A DNA stretch of 64,000 bases. It comes from Pseudovirgaria hyperparasitica. Its lineage: Eukaryota. The stretch lies in the NCBI GenBank assembly GCA_010093815.1, contig ML996591.1; one strand, written 5' to 3'. Below, piece by piece: positions 23,104-36,235 of the stretch; the first letter of the stretch is position 1; each line of letters opens with the position of its first letter. Under the pieces are notes generated by a model. The model was not told the origin of the DNA. It saw nothing but the letters and a program-made list of their open reading frames with translations, and did not search any database. Both the position numbers and the translations under genes were made by a program.

Positions 23104-25229
23104 TTACAGCTTAGCCTTGGGTGCTTCTAGGCTTGGTAGCAGGATGTCTCTAATGTCACCGGCGGCCTCATTGAGGTAATGGCTCATACGCTCGTTACCC
23201 AGTTTCTTGCTCACAATGTTGAAGTTGAGGCTGTTTTCGTTGATCATGTATGCGATACTGGAATTAGTCAGTATGATATAAGTGGATACAGTCGTGTCAC
23301 TCACCCCCAGCCGTCCGGAATGACTTCACTCCATCCGTAACCATTGAAATATTCAGAGCTCAACTGACTAGTGCTGATGTACCAGCTGCTGGAGTAGGCG
23401 AAGGCGGGATCCTTATAGATCGCGGGAAGCTCCTCGCCTTCTTTCAAACATTTCTTCAATCCAAAAAGATGACGGTCTACGCCTTTACCATCCGAAGCGG
23501 CTGTGATATACTCACCCTGAGCCTTAAGGGCGGCTCGGAAAAGCTTAGCACATTCATCTGGTGAGACTTTAGGATCGGCCATGGCATCACAGAATGCTAC
23601 GCTCTCGTCGGAAACGGACCGCGACGTTTCAGTCCGACCTTGCCGGAAACGGCGTGTGGCAGCAGACTCATATGTAGGCCGGTTCTTGCCGTACATCTTA
23701 TGATATGCAAGTTGGATTACCATCTGAACGTAGCCATCAGGAGAGCATTTGAACTTCTTGATAAGCCCCTTGCCGTAGCCCTGGTACGCCTGTACCTTCA
23801 AATCATGGGCGCCTATTTGACTCTCGAAATGTTTGCGAGCATCCTCGATATCCTCCTGAAGTTTGCTATCAAGCTCGAATCGTATGGGTCGTGGATCGGG
23901 GAGGTTAGAACGCACTGAGGGATTGTCGAAATCCAGCTTGTTGTTGAGAATGAGGAAGTTGACAGTGTCATTTAGACGGTGGGTTGGAGTGCCGTCCATC
24001 TCGCTGTGTTCACCGTTAAAGCCAGAGGTACCGTTGTCATTGACAATGAATTGAAGCGGCTTGTCGAACCACCGATTAGATCCGTCTCCGTGCCAGAACT
24101 GCCGGGCGCGCTCCTCGAGTGTAACGGGCTTGGCGTCATCGAGACACACAAGGAATGCGGAAGATTGGATATCTTCCAGCGCAGCTTTGTTGGACTCGCT
24201 GACACTGATGAGACGTTCGCGAACCTGTGCAGATTTAGTAACCGGAAGGTTCAAGGTTGAGTCAAAATATGCACCTCTGCCCAGATGTCTCTGTTCTGAG
24301 AGGTCAGAATACCAACGGGTGACGCCTTCTCAGCCTTCTCGTAGATTTTTCGGAATTGCTGCTCAAGCTCGGAAGTGTTCAGCTGCTTGCCATCAATCTC
24401 TGTAGGAACCTTGAAGAATTGATTTTTGCGGACGACGATGATATGCTTGTGTTCCTCAAAATCATACTTGACGCTGTGGTCTTCAGGCTTGATAGGCAGG
24501 CGGCACGCATTGAACATCCATTTGTAGCTAGACATGGCGATTGGGAGCTTCTTCATATACTCCGGCTCCAACTCTTTCATATCGACCTGCCGCTTGAACT
24601 CCAAAGCTGCAGTGGTAATGGCAGCGGCACGTTTCGCCGGATCCCTTCGTTTTCTGTCGTCTCTGTGACTATAGAAATAGCTGACGTAGGGAACTACCGG
24701 GTCACGGTAGGACATATAAGCAGTGCTGTTCCACCAGTCGAAAATCCAATTCCTGACATTTGGGTCTTCTCTTCGGGCTTGCAGGCGTGATTGCAGTGTC
24801 TCACCGACGCCTCCAGGGCGGACGAAATCACTTACAGCTTTCTCGGTCTGTTCGTATTCGGACTTGGAGAGGAGAGGGTGTACGGATTTGAGGTATCGCT
24901 TGGAGGTCTCTTCTAGAGTGGGTACCGGAAGGCGAGGCAGAGAGTCCTCAAAGCGCAACATCTTGCCTTTGCTGAGATCCTCGACGTAGCCTGGGAGATT
25001 GGCATTCTCAGCTCTTTGGCTCTTTCGAGCAAACATCAGTCCGTTGCTCACCTTCTGGCAGAGACGAGTTATTCCTCCGCACTGGAGCCATGACGAGGGG
25101 CTATGACAGTAGTTAGTTATTGATTAGTATGTGCAAAGGATGATCGGGTACCTTGAATGCAGGAGCAGTGAGAGGTCGGTGGCGGAGGGCAAACGCAGAA
25201 GCTCGCGTTCTCGCGACTGTCTTGAACAT
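23104..25229 (-). CDS. CAT2: Carnitine O-acetyltransferase, mitochondrial/peroxisomal (Cat2/AcuJ type)
   Basis: Motifs LPRLPVPTLEET, NRWFDK, catalytic EHSEMDG, TYESAATRRF..GRTET, GKGVDRHLFGL and STSQL. Introns at 25101-25151, 24991-25051, 24225-24274 and 23258-23304. It has an Arg-rich presequence MFKTVARTRASAFALRHR and a C-terminal PTS1 AKL. Confidence 0.95.
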
Positions 25230-25358
25230 TGGAGAAGTGTAGGCAGAGAAAGTAGAGAAGAGAAGAATATCTATCTAGCGTATAGTACGCAAGGATACAG
25301 CTAGTCGGACACGGCCACCTGGGCAGTAGTAGGGAGAGAGGTGAATCTGGAAAAGCTA

Positions 25359-25364
25359 CCTCGG
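25359..25364. promoter_or_regulatory. CCTCGG motif (FarA/FarB/CTF1 fatty-acid response element candidate)
   Basis: Exact CCTCGG 130 bp upstream of the CAT2 ATG. This hexamer is the established FarA/FarB core in fatty-acid utilisation genes. Confidence 0.5.
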
Positions 25365-25519
25365 CCGTCGGATTTGGTTGCCTTGCAATTCGGCTGCTGC
25401 CCGGAGGTCCCGCTAGCAGTAGAGACCGAATAGACAGCACAACACGGCGAGTGGATGGGAGAAGACGGGATGTATTGGTGAGTTTGGGGTGAAAGGTGGA
25501 GCCAATGTAGCGTAAGTAG

Positions 25520-25525
25520 CCGAGG
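25520..25525. promoter_or_regulatory. CCGAGG motif (second FarA/FarB site candidate)
   Basis: Reverse-complement copy of CCTCGG about 290 bp upstream of the CAT2 ATG. Confidence 0.5.
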
Positions 25526-26323
25526 TTGAAGTGTCAGTTGAACGAGGCGCGCGCCGAGATGCATCCGGATAGATCAACCAACAACCCTAAATGAGTCCCG
25601 AGCGTTGCAGTGGATCCAGAGGTTTGATCCATACTGTAGATGAGCGTCACGCCGTCGGCGTCCTCTGAAATGACGGAGCTATTTACAGTATCCATCAAGA
25701 TATGGAGTGCCTGTTAGATTGAGGGAGTCTTCTTATTAACTTGCTACCTGATAAGCCAGGCAGTCGGCCAGTTCTCCGAAATGGAAGAGTATCAGCACCA
25801 GTGGTCAGCTTCAGCACCAAACTGTATAGATTTATCTGCCAAGTCAAGGTCTCATGCACTGTCGTCAGCGAGCAGAGGCAATGCTGAAGCCATACACACA
25901 AGATGCGTATGGTGATTGATCCTGGGGGCAAATCTATCAGTGTGGCTACTACAAGGCTGGCTGGCTCTCAATGCATAGATGCTCGTTGGCATATATCAAT
26001 CGTGAAGGCGACACCAGAAACACCTGCGTCCAACCTCTTGCATATGTGTACATGTTTGTTGTGCGGATAGTAGAGAAGAATTCACTTGCATTATAGAGGA
26101 TTAGAGGGGTATGCAGGGCTTGGCGGGCGCGGAGTCGGCGCAGGGACCAGTTAGTGGTCCTGGCGCTCTCTGACTTTAGCTCTGGCTCTGAAACTTTTCC
26201 CTCAATACGACACCTGGACGGTATTACACTTCATCTCTTTCCCATCATTCTTCATCCTCTGCTCAGAGAACTTCTGTCATCACCATCAATTCACCCAGTC
26301 TTCTCTTCTACACCCCCACAATC

Positions 26324-27685
26324 ATGTCTTTTGCACGCCAGATGCTCGGGGCCACTCAGAGGAGAGCCTTCTCCGCCTCGGCTCGTCAGGTACGCCCCGT
26401 CTAACTACGCTGCACTACATTTCCCGAAACGCATTCGGCATTCATTATCATCGCTCTATATGCGAATTGAAGCTGATGAGTGTTCTGTAGGCATCCAAGG
26501 TCACAGTACTCGGCGCTGCCGGTGGTATTGGTCAGCCACTGTCGCTGCTACTGAAGCTGAACCCTCGTGTCTCCAAACTCGCCCTCTACGATATCCGTCT
26601 AGCTCCCGGTAGGCCGAAGCTTTCCACTCAGTATACGTCGAGTAATAAAGTACCATCGGACAATGGAGTTCTGACATTATGGTCGTAGGTGTCGCCGCCG
26701 ACATTGGTCACATCAACACCAAGAGCGAGGTATGCGGCCCCACGGTTCCGAGCAATAGCCTTCAGGGCTGACGATATTGCAGGTAAAAGGATACGATGCC
26801 ACTCAGTCTGCCCTGCATGAAGCTTTGGAGGGTGCTGAGATTGTTGTTATCCCAGCTGGTGTTCCACGTAAGCCTGGGATGACGCGTGATGGTAGGTCTG
26901 CTCCGCAATCATCATAGAACACAGCTCATCCTATCTCCAGACCTCTTCAACACCAACGCATCCATTGTCCGCGACCTCGCCAAAGCTACCGCTGATGCTG
27001 CGCCAAACGCCAAGGTTTTGATCATCTCCAACCCGGTACGTAGTCTTCAAATCATCTGGATCGGTCAGGGACCAATTTTAATGAGTGTCACTAGGTCAAC
27101 TCTACCGTTCCCATTACTGCTGAGGTTTTCAAGTCAAAGGGCGTCTATGACCCCAAGAAGCTTTTCGGTGTCACCACTCTCGATGTTGTCCGTGCTTCTC
27201 GCTTCATCTCTGAGCTGAAGGGCACCGATCCCTCAGATGAGAAGATCACCGTCGTCGGTGGTCACTCCGGAGCTACCATCGTTCCCCTTCTATCCCAGTC
27301 TGGTTACTCGCTGGAGGGCGAGAAGCTTGACAGCTATGTCCACCGCGTTCAATTTGGTGGCGACGAGGTTGTCCAGGCCAAGGGTGGCGCTGGTTCTGCT
27401 ACTCTTTCCATGGCTATGGCTGGTGCCCGCTTCACTGAGTCTCTCCTGAAAGCTTCTCAAGGAGAGAAGAACGTCATCGAGCCAACATTCGTTGAGAGCC
27501 ATCTATACAAGGATCAAGGCGTTACTTACTTCGCCTCCAATGTTGAGCTCGGCCCCAACGGTGTTGAGAAGATCCACCCCGTAGGTAAGCTCACTGCTCA
27601 CGAACAAGGCCTCCTCGATGCCTGCCTGAAAGACCTCAAGGGCAACATCGAGAAGGGTGTTAAGTTCGTCAAGGAGAACCCATAA
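26324..27685 (+). CDS. MDH1: Malate dehydrogenase, mitochondrial
   Basis: Presequence [22 protein letters not shown], then [60 protein letters not shown] and GGHSG. Five introns (26390-26490, 26609-26688, 26730-26782, 26892-26940, 27036-27094). Confidence 0.95.
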
Positions 27686-28174
27686 ATGAACGATGGAAGG
27701 GTTGTAAATGAGAGGGTCATGTACGAATTCTGGTGTGACTGAAGAAGACAAAGCAGTCAGGATCCCTTGGTTGCGGCGCTTTGTTCGCAGGCGCTTGACG
27801 ATAGAGTGAAACATTTGGGTCTTGGATTTGGCTGTTACTCGTGTAGATTTAATAATCCAAATCTTCTTCGCCCTTAACCTCCGGTCAGAATATCTTTCTT
27901 CGGTACGGTTCTTCCATCTCTATATACTCGTACACATACTTGTCCAAGCGTGGTTGAAAGTGCTTGACTTGAACTCAGCTAAAGGCGTTCATCGAGCTTC
28001 CCCTAGCTTCTGACGAGACCCCTCCCTCTCCGTCCCTGCAATCCGTCGGCCATAAATGATCGCCACAGGTCGCCACCTATCTCGTAAGATCCATGAGCAT
28101 TTAGGATATCTAAACAATTGTATTCACACTACATACATACCAGCATCAGCTTTTGACGCACATATTTGGCCACC

Positions 28175-29032
28175 ATGACCCCCTCTGCAACGACCCTCGT
28201 CTCTGAGCCCACCCATAACGCCGCCCTGGGTGCCCTTGGGCGCACTGTCACTGGCAAACCCCTCAAAATCCGCTCCTACCCCAACTTCACCACCCTCCTC
28301 GAAGAACGCATATACCGAAAACAGCATCTCGCGGCCGCGTTTCGCGTCTTTGCAGACCGCGGCTTTGACGAAGGTGTTGCGGGCCACATCTCCGTCCGGG
28401 ACCCCATCTTGACCGACCATTTCTGGCTGAATCCGCTTTCAATGCACTTCAGCCAGATTCGGGTTTCTGATTTGATCTTGGTGAACGAGCAAGGCGAGGT
28501 AGTAGAGGGCGAGGAGCCTATCAATGCCGCGGCGTTTGCGATTCATTCTGAGATTCACAAGGCAAGACCGGAGATCAATGCGGCGTGCCATGCGCATAGT
28601 GTATATGGGAAAGCGTTCAGTGCGTTTGGACGTGAGTTGGACATGATCACCCAGGACGCGCTGCGGTTCTATAAATCACACAGCGTATATGACTCCTTTG
28701 GCGGCGTTGTATTGGACAGGGAGGAAGGCAGGCGCATTGCGGTATGCTTGGGAAAGGGGAAGGCCTGTATACTGATGAATCACGGGCTGTTGACCGTGGG
28801 GGAGAGCGTAGACGAGGCAGCGTTTTGGTTCATTAGCTTGGATAAGACATGCCATGCGCAGCTTCTGGTGGACGCGGCTAGGGCTGGGAGTGGAAGAGAG
28901 CCAAAATTGATTGGAGAGGAGGAGGCAAGGTTTAGCTATGAGCAGGTAGGTTTACCGGCGAAGGGGTGGTTAGCATTTCAGGGATATTTTGATGAGCAGG
29001 TTGCGAAGACCGGAGGCAGTCTTTTCATGTAG
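28175..29032 (+). CDS. Class II aldolase/adducin-domain protein
   Basis: Intronless ORF with EGVAGHISVRDP, AFAIHSEIHKARP, ACHAHS and LMNHGLLTVG (Zn-binding His residues). Confidence 0.9.
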   Translation: MTPSATTLVSEPTHNAALGALGRTVTGKPLKIRSYPNFTTLLEERIYRKQHLAAAFRVFADRGFDEGVAGHISVRDPILTDHFWLNPLSMHFSQIRVSDLILVNEQGEVVEGEEPINAAAFAIHSEIHKARPEINAACHAHSVYGKAFSAFGRELDMITQDALRFYKSHSVYDSFGGVVLDREEGRRIAVCLGKGKACILMNHGLLTVGESVDEAAFWFISLDKTCHAQLLVDAARAGSGREPKLIGEEEARFSYEQVGLPAKGWLAFQGYFDEQVAKTGGSLFM

Positions 29033-29901
29033 TCAAGTAGAAAATTACATGAATTGTAGGCATACATGTTTCCCCAGCGTCTGCGAAAACTTCAACACAA
29101 GATAATAGCATTGACACACCTATGTACAATTGATGTGCAAGTATGGAAACCAAGGGGCGGCGTTACCAGAGCAACGAAGCATATAATAATAATAAGTACC
29201 TATTGGGGACTAACCACAGTGCCTACGAGTACATATGCAGTATGAAGTCGGCATACGTGCAAGCTATCAAGAGAATTCTGGCTTTCTCGTAGAGACGTGA
29301 TACCATGTGAGCGTAATATTTAAAGCTGATGACCGTAATTCATCGAGTAGTTGCATTTCCGGCAAGGCTATAAGCGGGCCATGTCAGGCAGGGTGTGATT
29401 GTGGCAACGCGTCATGCCATCGATGTCCAACGGCAGAAAGACGTAACACCTCATGAGCAAATGGTCAGGTCGATTTCAAACACACCGAATCGACATCAAG
29501 AGATCAGGCAAGCCTCAAAATGAAACAAAAAAGGCCACAACCGTGAGGATCACGAGACGTAGATCGCGAATACGAGTGTGCAGATTTCCCAGTCAAACAC
29601 GAGGCCAGAGTTATGTTATCGAAAAGGTCAATGCAAAGACGGGTATCCAGATATGAGATGAGAGTCGAAGCATAAGTCCAGGACCAGAGGTGTCACCGTG
29701 ACGAAGAAGGTGTTAGAAAAAGCGTCAGAAGATGCATCACTGCGAACAACGCCGGCCATGCATGCATATTACAGTCGCGTCAGTATCGCCAGATGCAGTT
29801 GATGTCAGAAACGGCGAGAATCTCAACGTGGCGTATCAGATCATGTCGAGGCTTCACCCGTTTATGAGCAGAGCACGAGCAATATCACCAGAAAGTCGAC
29901 T

Positions 29902-31845
29902 CTAAGCAGGAGCTGATCCCTGGCCTGGTTGGCCTTGACTACCCTGTTGTTGGGCAATGGCTGCATACCACATCGCAACATAATTCTGATAGCCTCCGTA
30001 AGCAGCATAAGGGTCAGCTCCAGCGGCGTCAGCACCAGCGGGTGCTGATCCTGTAGCTGTGTTGGGCATCATGACCTGCGATTGGCCGTACGATGGCTGC
30101 TGTTGTGAGTAACGATCACCGTAGCTGTCATCGTTGTTGTTGCTACGTCCTCCCCGGCCGCCGCGGTTACCGCCGCCACGACCTCCACCATCACGTTCAC
30201 GTTGTTGCTACAGAAATCAGTACAAGTAAACAGCGGAGTGCTCGCAACGCTACTTACCACTGTTTCGACTTTGTCCCAGATAGCTGTCTTCGCCTGTTCG
30301 ATTGCTTGTCGAGTACCAATGAGTCCAATCTCTCGCTCAATATCAGCACCGCTTGGTTGGGTAACATTGATCTTGCATCCAGTCGTGTTCTGCATATCCT
30401 TGATAGTCTCTCCGCCTTTACCAATTATCATACCCACAGCCTCAGAAGGAACGTGGATGGTCTCATTGATCTTGTCAGAAGCTCCCTGGTTGAAACCACC
30501 GAAATCCAAACCGCCACCACCTCGGGCTTGGTTTGTTGTGAATTGCTGCTGCTGCGGCTGCTGCTGCTGGCCGTTTGGATTCCTCGTGTCGCTCTCGACA
30601 ATCTCGAGGATAAGGTGCTTGGCTTTGTCGGCAGCTTGAGGAGTGCCAATAAGATTTACGGGTCGTAGTCCATTGATACTCTTGTTCTCGCCCACAATGT
30701 TTACATGGCAGCCACTGCGCTCCTGAAGATCGCGAATAGTCTCACCACCGCGACCAATGATAAGGCCAACAGTCTTATCTGGTACCATAATCTGTAGAGA
30801 GTTCTCACCTTCTTTCAGTACTGGGGTGACACTGCGTTCATTCTGTTGTTGGCGTCCTCTGTTTGCCATGGCAAGATTTGCTCTGGTGCCAGCATTCATG
30901 TCTTGTGGTGGATTCCCACCATTCTCCTCAATAATTCTATTGATTTCTCGCTTGGCTTCAACTCTAGCGCGTGTATTACCCGTGATACGACAGTGTCGGC
31001 GAGGACCACTGTTCTCAGGACCACTGATAAACTGTATTCGTGTTTTGGTCTCGGTCTCAATTCGCTTCAAGTTTTCGCCTTGTCTACCAATGACAAGGCC
31101 TACCAGCGCAGAGTCGATGACAATGATCTCATTGTCTGGTGAGTTATCGGGTGTCCTGTCGCGTGCGTATTGACGATTAGGTGAGAAAGTATCACGTCCG
31201 CGTGGTCCTGGAGAACGCGATCGATCTCGGCCATATGTACTGCTACCACCGCCGCCGCCGCCGCCGCCGCCGCCGCTGCGTCTATCAGCTCTACGCTCAT
31301 CGCGGTAAGGATTATAGCTATCACGGTAGTTGTCTCGACGAGGTGGTGTCCTCGAGCGTGAGCGCGACCGTCGATACTGTTGTCGGCTTGCTGTTCTGGG
31401 GTCATCTCGGGATGTTACTTTGCGATATTAGCACAGTTCGTTTTTGACCATCGAATGCAGATTTACTTGAGCTTGCGCGGCCACTATCGTATCCCTTCTC
31501 AGCAGCAAAGCCACGAGCTTTAGCAATCGCGTCGGCGATACTAACCGAGCCTGTATTCACAGGTCTGATCGAGCTGAGATCTAAGCTCCCAGAGCCAGAG
31601 GGCTGTGGGAGGTTGAAGCCAGGAAGGCCAGCCGGTGGAGTAGGATTGGTCAGAGCTGGGTATCCAGGTGGCATGCCAGGCACTGGTTGTGGCGGTGGAG
31701 CCGACTGTTGAGGAGTCTGACTCTGACCGGCAGGTCGCTGAGCAGCTGAGGTGGTGGTCCATTAATTTTGTATAGATGAGATGTGTGTTTTGAAAAACTT
31801 ACCAAGAGCTGCAAGAATTGACGAGATATCTGGCTGCGCGGCCAT
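29902..31845 (-). CDS. KH-domain RNA-binding protein (FUBP/KHSRP-like, three KH domains)
   Basis: Start MAAQPDISSILAAL. Three KH GxxG motifs (VGLVIGRQGE, VGLIIGRGGE, VGMIIGKGGE) and a C-terminal DPYAAYGGYQNYVAMWY. Intron-containing. Confidence 0.9.
31249..31275. repeat. (CCG)9 coding trinucleotide repeat (poly-Gly in the KH protein)
   Basis: Nine CCG units, read as GGC codons on the minus strand. Confidence 0.9.
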
Positions 31846-32602
31846 TCTGCAGATACAGAAAGGGACAGCAAAGAGTGAGAGTGGAGATATTGGCAATGGC
31901 CACTCCGGCAGTTTTTTACCGAAAGACTGTAGATGAGGCGCTGGGATGTATTGTCGGGCGCGAAATGCAAAGTGCGAAGTGTGAAGTGTGAAGTGAGTAG
32001 TTTGAGCTAGTAAGTGTAGAAAAGCTGCGGTAAAAGGCCGAGAGCCGCGCCGAGGGAACAGCTTACTAAGCAATAATGGATATCTTACGGTATAATTCGA
32101 CCCTAATCACATATATTCACCTGATGCTCAGAGTTAAGGACGAAGGAATTGCCTCATCCATTCGTTCAACCACTAATATTCCGACCATAGTGAAATCATC
32201 TATATATCTATGCTCTCATTCAGAATCAACGTGCCATTGATATGACGGACATTATATTCAGCCCACTCACTAATAAGGTCTACCAACTATCTATTAGCAA
32301 CTTCTTCGTCTCTTTGGAGCTTATGTTCCCCCCCAAATCCGTATTCTCCAACCTAGTGTAGAATACAATACATCACGTTGAGTTTCGATCAGGGTAAAAT
32401 CTGATGTGATGGCCCATTGGCGCCTTATCCAGTTGCGGCCTAAATCCATCAGATGCGTCCCCGCTCATCAATCCAAACTCGGCATAGAACAGAACACCAA
32501 GGACAATCTAATTAACTCCCCAAGGGCCAAGGTCGAGTTAATTTCCAGCATCGCATCTAGAAATTCAGCTCTTTCCATCAGTTCCGGAGCCAAGAAGTCG
32601 TC

Positions 32603-33580
32603 ATGGCTGACGCACGGAAGATCGTCCTGATTACAGGGTATGGAAAATCTCACAATGCTTTACACAGTTCGCATCTGATGATGGAAGACTAAGACATCAC
32701 ACAGGACTAGCAGCGGTGCCGGGGAAGCTTTGGCTAAGGAATTCTTGTCGAAAGGTATCTATCCATTATTAGAACTCGAGTCAAAGTAATGTTACCAACG
32801 TTGACGAATTCATCAGGCTTTCGCGTCCTAGCCACAGCTCGCAATACAGACTCAATCATACACCTCGCTGACCTCGGCATCGAGACCTTTAGCCTCGAAG
32901 TCCACAAGCCAGCATCTATAAAGTCCCTCAAGTTGCAAGTCGACGCTCTCACCAACGGTCGCCTGGACTACCTTGTCAACAATGCTGGCCGCAACTTGAC
33001 TGTACCCGCACTCCACGTCGACTATGATGAAGTGCAGTACACTTTCGAAACGAACGTTTTCGGTGTCATGCGCATGTGTAGCGAATTTGCGCCCCTGTTG
33101 ATCGCTGCTAAGGGCACGATCGTACAAATCGGCAGTTTAGCCGGCGTAATGCCATACGTGTTTGGCAGTGTATATAACTCTTCGAAAGCGGCGTTGCATG
33201 CATATTCTAACACGTTGCGCGTTGAGCTCGCGCCGTTCGGTGTGCACGTACTTACGATTGTGACGGGAGGCATACAGTCAAATATTGCGCGGACGGAACG
33301 TAGCTTACCTTTGGACTCGATTTACCTGCCGATTGATTCAGACTACCAGCGCAGATTAAAGCACAGTCAGGAGGGAGCTAGTATGCCTGCTAAAGATTAT
33401 GCAAAGAGCGTTGTGAATGCTGCGACACGTAAGAGGGTGCCGCGCTTCCTATGGGAGGGGAACAAGTCATGGCTGGTGTGGTTGCTGTCGACTTTCTTTC
33501 CGACTTGGTTCATGGATTGGTACTTCACGCGGACCTTTGGGCTATGGAAGTTGCATGGAATACATACGAAGACAAATTGA
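32603..33580 (+). CDS. AYR1: Short-chain dehydrogenase, 1-acyl-DHAP reductase (Ayr1) type
   Basis: Spliced N-terminus MADARKIVLITG|TSSGAGEALAKEFLSKG|FRVLATAR (two introns), LVNNAG, catalytic YNSSK and LRVELAPFGV. Confidence 0.85.
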
Positions 33581-33759
33581 GTATAAACAGGCGGACCATG
33601 CAAACTAATGTAGTGTCTAGAAGTGAGTCACCGTATGGCGGCAATCATAATTCTCTTCTAGAGTAACAGGGTTCTTAATCTCGAACAATGATTAGCATCC
33701 ATCCACTGCCCCTTCACGATTGTCAAAGAACGACAAATCTCACCCGGCTCGAGCATCAA

Positions 33760-35069
33760 TCACAATACTGACAACCCTCCCATAAGCAGCATCGCAACGA
33801 AATACCCTGTACCCACCGACAAATATGTCCACAGGCCACTCGCAACTTCCAAGGCCGCTGCTCCGCCGCCCACACTGGTCTGTACTGGCAGCTCTTCAAC
33901 ACTCGTGTCCACAGGACTTGCACCCTCCGCTGGGCTCTTTACATCGGCGTGAAAGCTTTTTACATAGAACTTGACATTCTCTGCGGCGTAAAAAGTTTCA
34001 CTGCCAAACTGAACAGTACCCAGATACGTGTCCCAAGGCATGAAACCATACCTAGGGAGGAAATGCACTAACGGCGTGACATCACCGTAGAATTGCGTAA
34101 GTGGCGCTGTAGTGACCCATGAGAATACGGTCTGTCCGTTGCCGTTTGTGCCTGCATACAGCGTGCTATCGTTGTCGAGTATCAGCAAGAAATCATTCTC
34201 CGCGATGGACTTACAGGACATCGGCATTACTCACAACTCAGCATTCCCAACCGTCTGCACTATGGGCGTAACTCGCGCCTGATCCATACCTATCGGCTCG
34301 CTGGCCCTGCCAAATCGACCTAGCCACACCATGATCTCATAACGTTGCTTCGCCGGTGTCCTACTTCGGTTTGCGTCGGCATCGCAAAAGAGGTCCATAA
34401 CGACATTGGCTTCGATACCGATGGCATCGAGAGCATCAGCATTAGGAGAAGTAGTTGGGTCGTCGGATAAACCTTCAATGAGGGAAGAGGGCTGTTTGGA
34501 GGTATTAGGCTGCTCGTGAATGCGAGTTGAAGGAGGCCGACCTTCATTGCCCACTCAAGGGATAAATCCAGTTGGGAGAGATTCGCAATCGAGACGGGCA
34601 AGACGTCAGAGTTGAGCTGGATGTGCGGGTATGCATGCACTCGTGGTGGACTCGATTGCCACCTCCATTCTGCGATGAAGGCATTGCTTGTGTTGTCCCT
34701 GGATGGCTACAAGATGTCATCATTAGAAGTGGGTCCGGCGCCTCTTTGACATACATATAGACACGTCCAGCCAGATTCGTCCTATGGAGCTCATCAGAAG
34801 TCATACAGGACTGCATTTGGTCGTCCTTCAGAAAAGACATACTTGGTTCCAGGCATTGCTGTTGACTAACAGCTGATCAGCGTGTAGTATCAAGAGCAAA
34901 GTATGAGATGTAATGAGAACCGTTTCTGGTCATACTCACATGTGTAGTTGCCCTGTACACGCGCGTCATCTTTTCCACATAACTGTTGGGGCTGGTTCTG
35001 GGCGTCTACACGCCCGAGCAGCACGCGACATCCCAACAGATAGCTCCAAACGGCCTTGGTGTACCCCAT
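33760..35069 (-). CDS. Glycoside hydrolase family 12 (endo-beta-glucanase-like) with signal peptide and hydrophobic C-terminal tail
   Basis: Six exons assembled from GT-AG introns: MGYTKAVWSYLLGCRVLLGRVDA-QNQPQQLCG..NYTFNSNAWNQDESGWTCLY..FIAEWRW..VHAYPHIQL..ANVVMDLF..YEIMVWLGRFG..QTVFSWV..YLGTVQFGSETF. Both GH12 catalytic Glu contexts (YEIMVW, GSETF) are intact. Confidence 0.85.
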
Positions 35070-36235
35070 ACTGTGCTTTAGCAGTTGGGGGTTCCACGAA
35101 TATGGAAGAACAGAAAACCTCCGCAGAGATTGGAGAAGAGAGAGGCTTTCTATGAAGGTGGTCAGAGAGTGAGATCGTCACCTCCACCGGGCGTTACCTG
35201 CTTCTGTGGGTGGACGATTGGTGCACCATGATAAGAGACGTAGGTGGTATCTATTATGTTGGACGGCAGACATTTTACCGCCGTCAGCTCTCTGGCTACA
35301 CCGTGTGGTATACAGCACGTTGTGCCCCGTGACTAAGTGCGTAGGGTGAGGGCGAAACGTCTTCGATAAACCCAAAGATAAGCTGTCAAGAAGTCCTAAA
35401 ATTGCGCATGCGAATTGACACTATTGCACTAAGAATATATCTGCTTGATGAGCTGGCACGAAAAACGCGAGAGAGCGAGGATGCAGCACTGAATCTCCAG
35501 CCAATGCTATACCGTAATACAGGTGCACTACGGTACTACGGTGCAAGAAGGTCGCGAAGAGAGACCTCCTGGTAAATTTTCCACGCGGGACGTAGCTACG
35601 TTTGACCTGTAAGAGGGCTTGCTACCGGACTCGGGTCACTCGGGTCCAGTGCGAGGATGAATCGCATTCTCTGCGCTTCCAAGTTTACTTATATTGCATA
35701 GACTCGATATAATGCGGAACGTATTACCGTTGGATCACTGGTAGGGATCGACCAGCTGGGTCGGGAGTGGACCAAGTTGTGAACTCATGCACGACTTTAG
35801 GCCCACACTGGAATAGTGGACAATACATACGGAGGTGTTGTAGGGATAATATGATATACCTGAAATCTTCCAGGTGATGGCGACTGCGAGTAGACAGATT
35901 TTATTAGTGGAGATAATGGACGTGTAGCACTGTTAATGCAAGGATTGGGTATCTACAGGGTTGGAAAATTGTGAATTTCAGGAGCCACAGGGGTGACATC
36001 TACTGTGCAGATATTCATCCCTGTAGGGCGAGAATCACATTTATGCAGGTTGTGCCGAGTCTATCGTCCGAACCCTGGTACCTGGGAACGAGTACTACCT
36101 ATCATATTGTTTGCTCCTTACCCCAAAGATGTCGTGACGCGTTTGCCATGAGATAGAGCAGAACCCCCAAAAGTCAAACTATTACGGAATGAAGCAAACA
36201 ACGATTGAAATGCAGGGAAGGAAATCAGCGGTCTC

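Noticed and set aside
27683..27750. Cryptic PTS1 by stop-codon read-through of MDH1
   Set aside because: The stop is TAA and the read-through extension ends FWCD, not an SKL-type signal.
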